A stretch of DNA of 50,990 nucleotides from a virus, in IMG/VR virus record IMGVR_UViG_3300037851_000037, positions 1-50,990 of that record; one strand, given 5' to 3'. The notes under the pieces were generated by a model. The model had not been told where the DNA came from and did no database searches. It was given only the letters and a program-made list of their open reading frames with translations. The number at the start of each line of letters is the position of its first letter. The stretch's first letter is position 1. Position numbers and translations under genes: made by a program. This document shows, one piece after another, positions 34,617-41,675 of this stretch.

Positions 34617-36534
34617 CCCGCGCGACCCCCTGTCCCGTCATTATTCGCCGGATGTTATCCCGGTTTATAAATTCGGCGATGTCCTGTTTTTTCCGCAAGG
34701 CGGCGACGACATCCTGGTCGATGGTCCCGACCATTTCCAGGTCGATATAATGGACGTTTTTCGTTTGTCCGATTCGATGGGACCTATCTTCGGATTGTAA
34801 ACGCGTTTGTAACGAATAGTCGTTTGAAAAATAAACGACGGTCCCGGCGGCGGTTAGGGTTATCCCCATTCCTCCGGCGCGCGGCGTCCCGACGAAAAAC
34901 CGCGCCGGATGGTTCGGGTCCTGGAACCGGACAATATTCGCCGCCCGCGTATCGTTATCGACGCCGCCCCAGTATTCGACGACCGATTCGCGCCCGAACC
35001 TGTCGCGCAAGGCGCGCGCGATTTCCTTAATTTCGGGAATGAATCGCGCCCATATAATCGTTTTTCCCTGGACCGATTCGGCGATTTCGACCAGGGCGTC
35101 GACTTTCGGGTTCCCGCCCGGAATCACGGTTACATCGTTTTCATCCGACCCGATAAACCCGCCGGTAATTTGCGACAGGCGTAACAGTTTCGTTAAGACA
35201 ATCGGCGCGACGATGGTCCGGTCGTTTATTTCGACCATCAATTCGTCGGACATCCGTTTGTAAAGTCGCGCCTGTTCGTCCGTCGGTTCAACGGGTCGGA
35301 TGGAATACGATTTCGGCGGTAAATCGATACATTCGTCCTTTGTAATCCGAAACGAATGGGGCGCGACCAGGGCGACCAGTTCGTCCAAATGAACATAATT
35401 TATCAATTCTTCATAGTCGACGCCCTGGGCGGCGTTCCGTCGTTTTTCCCATACCGCGAAATAATGCTTAAAGGCGTAAAAGGAAGTAAACCCCAGGATT
35501 TCCGGGTCCAGGAACGCAAGGGGCGCGAACAGGTCGAACGGTCCCTGGGTTATCGGCGTCCCGGTTAGGATACGGCGATACGGCGCAATCGAACGACAGC
35601 GGATAACCGATTTCGTTCGTTTCGCGCCGGGGGTTTTAATCGTCGTCGATTCGTCGACGACCATCATTCGCCGACCGGCGGACAGGAACCGCCGCGCGAC
35701 GGCGACCCCGCGTTCCGTCGAAAAACTTTCGACGTTCATTGATAAAACCGCAAGGCGCGCGCCTTGCGGTTTTATCAATAGTTCGATTTCCCGTTCCGCC
35801 GTTTTCGTTTTCGCGCCGGTCCAGATATGGGCGACGTAACTGGTCCAGGTCGGGAAATGGACCGGGAATTCGTTCGTTATCCAGTTACGATGTATTCCGT
35901 TCGGCGCGACGACCAGGACGCCGTCGATTTTTCCGGCGGCGAAAAGGAACGCGGCGTTATCGATTACGACTTTCGATTTCCCGGTTCCCATTTCCATAAA
36001 CAGGGCGAACGACGACAAGTCGCGGGACCGTTCGAAAACGTCCCTTTGATGTTTATAGGGGGTCGTCCGAAATTTGTAATTGGTCGCCTGGACGACGCGC
36101 GCGGGCGCGGACGCGCGGGCGGTCGGACGCGGGCGTGACTTGTTTATGTATTCCTGGGGAACGCCTAACCCCGAACAAATATCAGTTTCGTTCTTTTTTA
36201 CCGCGTCGATAAAGCCCTGTTCTTTTTCATTTATGGTTAACGGTTTCCATTCGCCGTCCAGATAACGGACCATCGCGCGAATGTCGGCGTCGGAATCATA
36301 CGACAGCGGGGAACAAAACGGCGGGTTAAAACTGATTACCGGACATCGCGTATATTGCGGGGACAGCGGCGCGCCGGTCCCCCGGTCCATCGGCGCGACC
36401 TGGACATCCGGGAACAGGCGCGCAAGTAACCGCGTCCGGTCGTCGCGATGGTCGACGATGTAAACGTCGCCGACGCGGGCGCGGAACGCCCGGACCGCGT
36501 CCCCGATGGATTTAACGCGCGCCGCCGGGTTCAT
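34606..36534 (-). CDS. SNF2-family (SF2) helicase/translocase with a ~165-aa N-terminal extension
   Basis: 642 aa. Motifs MEMGTGKSKV, VVDESTTIK, LTGTPI and LQSEDRSHRIGQTKNV. Confidence 0.88.
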   Translation of the reverse strand: MNPAARVKSIGDAVRAFRARVGDVYIVDHRDDRTRLLARLFPDVQVAPMDRGTGAPLSPQYTRCPVISFNPPFCSPLSYDSDADIRAMVRYLDGEWKPLTINEKEQGFIDAVKKNETDICSGLGVPQEYINKSRPRPTARASAPARVVQATNYKFRTTPYKHQRDVFERSRDLSSFALFMEMGTGKSKVVIDNAAFLFAAGKIDGVLVVAPNGIHRNWITNEFPVHFPTWTSYVAHIWTGAKTKTAEREIELLIKPQGARLAVLSMNVESFSTERGVAVARRFLSAGRRMMVVDESTTIKTPGAKRTKSVIRCRSIAPYRRILTGTPITQGPFDLFAPLAFLDPEILGFTSFYAFKHYFAVWEKRRNAAQGVDYEELINYVHLDELVALVAPHSFRITKDECIDLPPKSYSIRPVEPTDEQARLYKRMSDELMVEINDRTIVAPIVLTKLLRLSQITGGFIGSDENDVTVIPGGNPKVDALVEIAESVQGKTIIWARFIPEIKEIARALRDRFGRESVVEYWGGVDNDTRAANIVRFQDPNHPARFFVGTPRAGGMGITLTAAGTVVYFSNDYSLQTRLQSEDRSHRIGQTKNVHYIDLEMVGTIDQDVVAALRKKQDIAEFINRDNIRRIMTGQGVARDGR

Positions 36535-36923
36535 TACCGGACCGCCTGGAAAACGGTTTTACAGTTCGGACAGGACAGGCGACAATCCTTTACGCGACCC
36601 ATAACGGAAACCGCCGCGCCCGGTTCGACCCGGACGGACTTGTCCAGGTCGACGGATACGGCGTCCAGTTCCATCGCGATAATTTCCTGGACGATACGGT
36701 CGGACAAACAATTCGGACAAATGTCCCCGGCGCGGACGGCGCGCCCGACCAGGACGGAAACGAACCGCGCGCAATTCGTACAAACAATTCGCGCGACCAG
36801 TCCGCCGGGGACGACGACGAAACCGATTTTCGTTCCCAGGTAAATATCCCGCGAATTACATTCGAGACATTCCAGTTCCAGTCCCGACGCGACGTTTATT
36901 GCGAACCCCTGTTTAATTTCCAT
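36534..36923 (-). CDS. Double zinc-ribbon protein (129 aa)
   Basis: Start at the internal ATG (MEIKQGF...) with SD aaagggattaacgATG. Four CxxC pairs (CLEC, CTNC, CPNC, CPNC). The upstream part of the track ORF overlaps the next gene. Confidence 0.6.
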   Translation of the reverse strand: MEIKQGFAINVASGLELECLECNSRDIYLGTKIGFVVVPGGLVARIVCTNCARFVSVLVGRAVRAGDICPNCLSDRIVQEIIAMELDAVSVDLDKSVRVEPGAAVSVMGRVKDCRLSCPNCKTVFQAVR

Positions 36924-36925
36924 CG

Positions 36926-37228
36926 TTAATCCCTTTTCGGTTCCAGTAACGGAATGTTCGGAAACGTTAGCGGGGGACATTTCGGACAGGCGTAAATAAA
37001 AATGTTCCCCAGGAAAAACCCGGACCAGTCGAACGGGACCATCGGTCCGACCGCGAAATCGCCCTGGATAATCGACCGGACCGCGCGGTCGCCGGAACGA
37101 CAAAGGAAACAAACGCGTTCGGCGATTGTTTCCCCGATGGTCCAGGTCGGCGGTTCATACGACAGGACATCATCGACCGCCCAGGTCGTCCCGCAAGATA
37201 AACAAGGTCGTTCGTCATTCGTCGACAT
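36926..37228 (-). CDS. Zinc-ribbon protein (about 100 aa); start uncertain (37228 or 37267)
   Basis: CLSCG, CFLC and CPKC motifs. The ATG at 37228 minimises overlap with the upstream gene. Confidence 0.5.
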   Translation of the reverse strand: MSTNDERPCLSCGTTWAVDDVLSYEPPTWTIGETIAERVCFLCRSGDRAVRSIIQGDFAVGPMVPFDWSGFFLGNIFIYACPKCPPLTFPNIPLLEPKRD

Positions 37229-37469
37229 CGTCGAAAACGTCCCGTTCAAGGCGGCGGACTGGTTCATCGATTGTTACCCGGTCGCCGACGGAATACCCAA
37301 TAGAAATGTGTTCGCGTTTTATTAAAAGGCGGCGGACATCGGGGTCGGTTATCCGGGCGGTTACGACGAACCCCTGGTCCGTTTGATGGACCCCCAGGAC
37401 TTGTCCGACCTGTTTCGATTGTCGTTTCGCGGGCGAACGGCGGAATAATTTCCATAACCAGTTAAACAT
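37215..37469 (-). CDS. Hypothetical protein (84 aa); first gene after promoter P3
   Basis: SD gatagaaaaggacaatcgATG. Preceded by the UTR box and P3. Confidence 0.6.
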   Translation of the reverse strand: MFNWLWKLFRRSPAKRQSKQVGQVLGVHQTDQGFVVTARITDPDVRRLLIKREHISIGYSVGDRVTIDEPVRRLERDVFDDVDE

Positions 37470-37477
37470 CGATTGTC

Positions 37478-37499
37478 CTTTTCTATCGTTCTAAAATTC
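37478..37499 (-). promoter_or_regulatory. Conserved 5'-UTR box, copy 2 (minus strand GAATTTTAGAACGATAGAAAAG)
   Basis: Aligns with copy 1 (GAATTTTAGAAAGATAGAAAGC) and copy 3. Confidence 0.6.
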
Positions 37500-37510
37500 T
37501 ATCCGTTACC

Positions 37511-37539
37511 GTTATACTAAAAACGGGGGACGATGTCAA
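37511..37539 (-). promoter_or_regulatory. Sigma70-like promoter P3: TTGACA-N17-TATAAC
   Basis: Minus strand TTGACAtcgtcccccgtttttagTATAAC. -35 at 37539-37534 and -10 at 37516-37511. Confidence 0.6.
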
Positions 37540-37705
37540 GTCGAAAATCGTCCCGGTCGTTTTCCCCGTATCCGGGGGTCGACGCCCGCCGTCCCTGTAA
37601 AGTTTTTACGAACGGACGACCGTCGGGTTTCCATCGGAACAGGCGACCGGGACGACCGGGATATTATACATCGTCCGAAAAAATGGTCCCCGACATCGTA
37701 CAAGG

Positions 37706-38113
37706 CTAACGACATCGGGAACCTAAAACATCGTCGTAAAGTCGTCGCAAGGTTTCGACGGCGTCTAAACCTTGCGGCGCGGCGGGGTTCCAGTAAATAA
37801 CCGGGACCCCGATTTCCTGGGCGATTGCGATTTCCGCCTGGACGCCGCGCGACTGGTTCCATCCGGGAATAATCATTACGATCAGGGCGCGACAAACGGA
37901 CAGGAACGCGCGGTCGACCCGTTCCCAGGTCGCCCAGTCCCCGCCGAACCCGTATTCCATCAAAGGGACCGAATGGGTTAACGGGGAATAAACGACGAAC
38001 CCGGCGGCGATTAACCGCGCCGCCGCCGTATTCGCCGCGTTATGTCGCGCCGCCTGGACGACCGGGTCCGGGTCCGTAAATGGACAGGCGAGATAAATAT
38101 CAACCGCGTTCAT
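37706..38113 (-). CDS. DUF1937 / nucleoside 2-deoxyribosyltransferase-like protein
   Basis: 135 aa. IYLACPFT...VYSPLTHS...GWNQSRGVQAEIAIAQEIGVPV resembles the NDT-like Rossmann pattern. Confidence 0.55.
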   Translation of the reverse strand: MNAVDIYLACPFTDPDPVVQAARHNAANTAAARLIAAGFVVYSPLTHSVPLMEYGFGGDWATWERVDRAFLSVCRALIVMIIPGWNQSRGVQAEIAIAQEIGVPVIYWNPAAPQGLDAVETLRRLYDDVLGSRCR

Positions 38114-38325
38114 ATTTTACACCGACAATTATAATGAACCGGCGGCGGCGTATGTCGTTCTTTCTTTCCGCAAATTTTACAAGTCCGTTCGACCTGTCCA
38201 GTCGGAACCTTTACGACTTTACCGTCGAAGGCGGTCCATACTACCAGGGGAACGGGTTCCCCCCATTTATGGTCGAACCATATACAAACGGTTAATCGTA
38301 TTTTTTCAATTAACCCCTTGCTCAT
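38110..38325 (-). CDS. Small zinc-binding protein (71 aa)
   Basis: Contains CKICG...HYNCRC. ATGA overlap downstream. Confidence 0.6.
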   Translation of the reverse strand: MSKGLIEKIRLTVCIWFDHKWGEPVPLVVWTAFDGKVVKVPTGQVERTCKICGKKERHTPPPVHYNCRCKI

Positions 38326-38365
38326 AATCCCTCGGATTCGTCGACGATGATATAATCCCCGACAT

Positions 38366-38515
38366 TCATTTCGACCCCCTGGTTACGCGGCGCGCCTTGC
38401 GCGCGACCTTGTTCGCCGCCCGACGGCGGGCGATTCTTTTCTGGTCCCGGCGTTTCAACTGGGACGATTCCGACGGCGACCGTTTTTTCGGCGGTTTCCT
38501 GAAAAAAATTTTCAT
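38366..38515 (-). CDS. Very basic 49-aa protein (possible nucleic-acid binder)
   Basis: Below the ORF-track cutoff. ATG at 38515 with SD aaaggggttaaacaATG. Encodes MKIFFRKPPKKRSPSESSQLKRRDQKRIARRRAANKVARKARRVTRGSK. Confidence 0.4.
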   Translation of the reverse strand: MKIFFRKPPKKRSPSESSQLKRRDQKRIARRRAANKVARKARRVTRGSK

Positions 38516-38601
38516 TGTTTAACCCCTTTGGTTTATCCCGCCCAGGGCGTCCAGTCGCCCCAGGGCGGGGTTATTGATGTCGTTCCCTTGTCCCTGGTCG
38601 T

Positions 38602-38622
38602 AAAGGCGTAGTCTACGCCTTT
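38602..38622. repeat. 21-bp palindrome aaaggcgtagtctacgccttt overlapping the stop of the 38621..38908 gene. The core CGTAGTCTACG also occurs at 6448 and 22074.
   Basis: Read directly: 10-bp arms around a central T. A second imperfect GC hairpin at 38541-38576 follows on the transcript. Confidence 0.8.
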
Positions 38623-38908
38623 ACGGGCGAAACTGGAACGGTTCCGGGGTCGGATAACAGGTCCCCGGAACGATGTTATAACCCAGGATGTAAACCGCAC
38701 CGCGCGCCCCGAACGAAATCAGGGCGTCCGGGCGGTTATTGTTCGGGTCCGCCGGACGATAAAAATACGCCCGTCCGTTACGGAACAGTAACGAATTACC
38801 GTCCCGGTCCGAATAGACGCGAAAAATTCCTAACATCCGGCGACCCGTCCGGCGCGACGTATACATGTACGCGACGAACTGTTTTTTCGGTTCGGTTAAC
38901 GGTTCCAT
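38621..38908 (-). CDS. Hypothetical protein (95 aa)
   Basis: ORF abutting the upstream stop. Confidence 0.6.
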   Translation of the reverse strand: MEPLTEPKKQFVAYMYTSRRTGRRMLGIFRVYSDRDGNSLLFRNGRAYFYRPADPNNNRPDALISFGARGAVYILGYNIVPGTCYPTPEPFQFRP

Positions 38909-39244
38909 TTAAAAGTCCCCCCGTTTCAAGGCGGCGCGCGCCGATTCGGAAATATGGAACCCGACGACGGGCGGTCGATTGTCCGGTAACGCCGACAGTA
39001 ACCGGGCGGTCGCCTTGTCCGCGACGGGTTTCGTCCGGCGGTTAATCGATTCGGCGATGTCCTGGGGGATACGGACCGGACCGATTTCCGACCGGACGAA
39101 TTCCGGGATTTCATCCCAGGCGAACGCCCCGTAATAACATCCCTGGGCGTTCGATTTCCCGGCGGCGTAACAAACCGCCGCCCGTTCGTCGCGGGTCATT
39201 CGACCCCAAAGGTTCGACAGCTTAACCAGGTTTTTCGTTTTCAA
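38909..39244 (-). CDS. Hypothetical protein (111 aa) with an apparent TTG start
   Basis: The start codon is TTG, overlapping the upstream TGA (TTGA). The next in-frame ATG is 15 codons downstream. Confidence 0.5.
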   Translation of the reverse strand: MKTKNLVKLSNLWGRMTRDERAAVCYAAGKSNAQGCYYGAFAWDEIPEFVRSEIGPVRIPQDIAESINRRTKPVADKATARLLSALPDNRPPVVGFHISESARAALKRGDF

Positions 39245-39468
39245 TTCGGTTCCCCTTTTTCGGAAACGTCCATCCCAATTCCGTCCTGGTCCTGGAAAAA
39301 GGTAATATCGAACGCCGCCGGGTCGAAACCGTTCTTTTCCAGGGCGGCGGCGACAGCGGCGACCATTGCCTTTAATTCCGGTTCGCCGACAGGTTTATTC
39401 GCGAACGGCGCGACGGCGCGCGTTACGATTTTCGCGATTCGCTTGTCCCGGTTCGTCGGTTTTTTCAT
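39241..39468 (-). CDS. Hypothetical protein (75 aa)
   Basis: ATGA overlap with the upstream gene. Confidence 0.6.
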   Translation of the reverse strand: MKKPTNRDKRIAKIVTRAVAPFANKPVGEPELKAMVAAVAAALEKNGFDPAAFDITFFQDQDGIGMDVSEKGEPN

Positions 39469-40169
39469 CGGTTCCCCTTTTCAATATGATGTCGTTCGAC
39501 AGCGGCGACCAGTTCGGCGCGGGTTATCGGTTCGTCGTTCCACTGGTCGCCGAATACCAGGGCGGCGACGATGTCCATTTTTTCCCGACATATCCATTCG
39601 CCGCCGACCTGGACCCGTTCGTCACAGGAACAAACCGGACAGGTCCATTCGGGTTTCGGTTTCGCGTACATCCTGGTCGCGCCCCAGTATGTTAACGATT
39701 CGGAATAATGCCGCGACAGGACGACCGGCGACCCGTCCAGGCGCGCGATTGTTTCGGCGACCTTGCGGACTGGTTCGGATTTCGACGTATCGTAACCCAG
39801 GCGGTCCAGGTATTCGTCGAACTGTTTACAGGCGGGGTCCCAGGTTACGCGCGGCGTATCGAAAACTTTTTCCGCAAGGCGCGCGATGTTGGCGTTCGTT
39901 AACCGGGGTCGGGGATGGTCCTTTGCCGGAACGCGACAGGCGTCGACGACGATGTCGAAATCCTGGACCAGTTTCGGGAACCGGCGTTCGTTCGCCGCCG
40001 TCGTTAGGAACGCGCGCGGGTTTCCCAGGTCCCAGGCGGCGCGGACTAGCAGTTCGCCGAACGTTTCCGGTTCCATCGAATCGACGATTAACAGGGAATG
40101 ATTACCGGCGACCGCGACCTGTATCGCGCGTTTAATATGGTCCTGTCCGGGAATGTTTTTAAGGTCCAT
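39465..40169 (-). CDS. ComM/Mg-chelatase-like protein lacking the P-loop, with a C-terminal Cys cluster
   Basis: 234 aa. The N-terminus IPGQDHIKRAIQVAVAGNHSLLIV and the later VAETIARLDGSPVVLSRHYSESLTYW resemble the ends of ComM/YifB AAA+ proteins. No GxxGxGKT motif is present. Contains CPVCSC...C. Confidence 0.5.
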   Translation of the reverse strand: MDLKNIPGQDHIKRAIQVAVAGNHSLLIVDSMEPETFGELLVRAAWDLGNPRAFLTTAANERRFPKLVQDFDIVVDACRVPAKDHPRPRLTNANIARLAEKVFDTPRVTWDPACKQFDEYLDRLGYDTSKSEPVRKVAETIARLDGSPVVLSRHYSESLTYWGATRMYAKPKPEWTCPVCSCDERVQVGGEWICREKMDIVAALVFGDQWNDEPITRAELVAAVERHHIEKGNR

Positions 40170-40171
40170 CG

Positions 40172-40447
40172 TTATTTCCCCCCGACGTTTTTAACGACGA
40201 TGTAATCGTCCCCGCCGACGACGACCAGGGCGTCCGGCGGGATGTCGTCGCGCATTACGACGCGGACGCCGCCCCAGGAATCGCGTTCCGCAAGGTCGAC
40301 CATTTCGCGACAAAGGGCGACCATCCGGTAAAAGGCGCGGCGTTCGTCGCCGGACAGTTTCCCGATTCCCTTTTCGACCAGGGCGTCCCGACAGTCGCGT
40401 AAATCGCGTTCGGTATTTTCGAACCGACAGTAATCCATATTTCCCAT
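40172..40447 (-). CDS. Hypothetical protein (91 aa) with an MDYCRFENT-type N-terminus
   Basis: ORF abutting the upstream stop. Genome-typical codons. Confidence 0.6.
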   Translation of the reverse strand: MGNMDYCRFENTERDLRDCRDALVEKGIGKLSGDERRAFYRMVALCREMVDLAERDSWGGVRVVMRDDIPPDALVVVGGDDYIVVKNVGGK

Positions 40448-41236
40448 TTACTTGTCCCCCCTGGGAAGTCCATTCCAAAGGTCGACGGCGCGGGATTTCA
40501 GGTCGGAAACCGGACCGGACATTTCGCAAGTCAGACATTTAACCGACCATTTATTCGTTACGTTTCCCAGGTCGATGATTTCGAAATCATGGTCCATCCC
40601 GCAATTCGGACAGGCGACGAACCGGGGTTTCGCGTTCCATTCGCGGACCGCGCCCTGGACGGACGACGCCCAGTCGCCGGTCGTCCCGCAATCTGGACAA
40701 TGGACGCGGAACTGTTTAAACGACCGGAACGTTTCGTCGTCCATCAAAAGGTCGAAACCCTTTTCCCGGCGACAGGACGGACAGGGCGATTTTTTGAAAC
40801 GGTTAAACGACCGGACGGCGTCCTTTGCCTTTTCCGCCGTCGACTGTTCCGACGCGACGGACAAGGTAACATCACCCTGTAATTCGGCGTAATGTTCCGC
40901 GCGGTAATTTTCGGCGATTCGTTTCGCGGTTTCCAGGTCGACGCCCGACGCGATGGTCGCGATTATTCCGGCGTCCGAACAAAGGATAACCGAATACGGC
41001 CGCGGATAAACGAACGACGCGACGACCGCGTCCAGGTCGCCGCCGTTATACTGTCCCAGTTTCAGGAACGGACATTCGCGAACTGATTCGACGAACGCCG
41101 CCCAGGACGGCGCGTTAACGCCGACGCGGTCGGACTGGTCCTGGACGCGCGAATACAGGTCGCCCAGGGTTATCGATTCCGCGCGGTCGGCCATTAAACC
41201 GACCGTCGCCGCCTTGATTAACTCTTGATTGTTCAT
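40448..41236 (-). CDS. Protein with two tandem Lar-like (restriction alleviation) zinc-ribbon domains
   Basis: 262 aa. CPSC...VHCPDCGTTGDWASSVQGAVREWNAKP and ACPNCG...VKCLTCEMSGPVSDLKSRAVDLWNGLP match the Lar pattern CPxCG...C..C...A...WN. Confidence 0.6.
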   Translation of the reverse strand: MNNQELIKAATVGLMADRAESITLGDLYSRVQDQSDRVGVNAPSWAAFVESVRECPFLKLGQYNGGDLDAVVASFVYPRPYSVILCSDAGIIATIASGVDLETAKRIAENYRAEHYAELQGDVTLSVASEQSTAEKAKDAVRSFNRFKKSPCPSCRREKGFDLLMDDETFRSFKQFRVHCPDCGTTGDWASSVQGAVREWNAKPRFVACPNCGMDHDFEIIDLGNVTNKWSVKCLTCEMSGPVSDLKSRAVDLWNGLPRGDK

Positions 41237-41511
41237 TATTCGACCCCCAGTTCGACGCGGAAACCATTAACGGTCGAAACGGACGCGGACGTATGGTCGC
41301 CCAGGTCGATGATACCGATTACCTGGATACCGTGATTTTCCGCCTGGGACCCGGCGGAACGCGCAAGGTCGACGGAATGATGGAACGACCGAACCCGAAT
41401 ACTGTCCGGGTTATTCCGGTCGCGGACGACCAGGGCGGCGCGATAATGATGGAACGACTTGCGCGTAAACAGGACGCCGTTAATCCGAACCTTGTAAGTT
41501 ACCTTTTTCAT
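41236..41511 (-). CDS. First early gene product (91 aa, hypothetical)
   Basis: Start set at the ATG at 41511 (MKKVTYKV) with SD aaaggggaaacgATG. The 28 upstream track codons translate promoter P1 and the UTR box. Confidence 0.6.
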   Translation of the reverse strand: MKKVTYKVRINGVLFTRKSFHHYRAALVVRDRNNPDSIRVRSFHHSVDLARSAGSQAENHGIQVIGIIDLGDHTSASVSTVNGFRVELGVE

Positions 41512-41524
41512 CGTTTCCCCTTTG

Positions 41525-41545
41525 CTTTCTATCTTTCTAAAATTC
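41525..41545 (-). promoter_or_regulatory. Conserved 5'-UTR box, copy 1 (minus strand GAATTTTAGAAAGATAGAAAG)
   Basis: Lies between P1 and the SD of the first early gene. Confidence 0.6.
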
Positions 41546-41572
41546 TTTCGACGGTAAAATCCCGTAATTATG

Positions 41573-41601
41573 ATTTTACTAAAATCGGGGGACACAAGTC
41601 A
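41573..41601 (-). promoter_or_regulatory. Sigma70-like early promoter P1: TTGACT-N17-TAAAAT
   Basis: Minus strand TTGACTtgtgtcccccgatttagTAAAAT. -35 at 41601-41596 and -10 at 41578-41573. It sits at the head of the whole leftward operon. Confidence 0.65.
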
Positions 41602-41633
41602 AGCGAAAAAATGACGCCCCACGAAAAATATTT

Positions 41634-41675
41634 TAGCGGCAAAGTCACGGCAAGTTAGCGGCAAAAATTACGGCG
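41634..41675. repeat. Four helically phased (A/C)(G/A)CGGC(A/G) repeats upstream of P1
   Basis: agcggcaa 41634, cacggcaa 41645, agcggcaa 41656 and tacggcgc 41668, with spacings of 11, 11 and 12 bp. Confidence 0.6.

Noticed and set aside
41512-41595. N-terminal extension MSPDFSKIIITGFYRRKNFRKIESKGET of the first early ORF
   Set aside because: These codons are promoter P1 and the conserved UTR box read in frame. The same MSPDFSKI peptide arises from promoter copy P2. A strong SD precedes the ATG at 41511.
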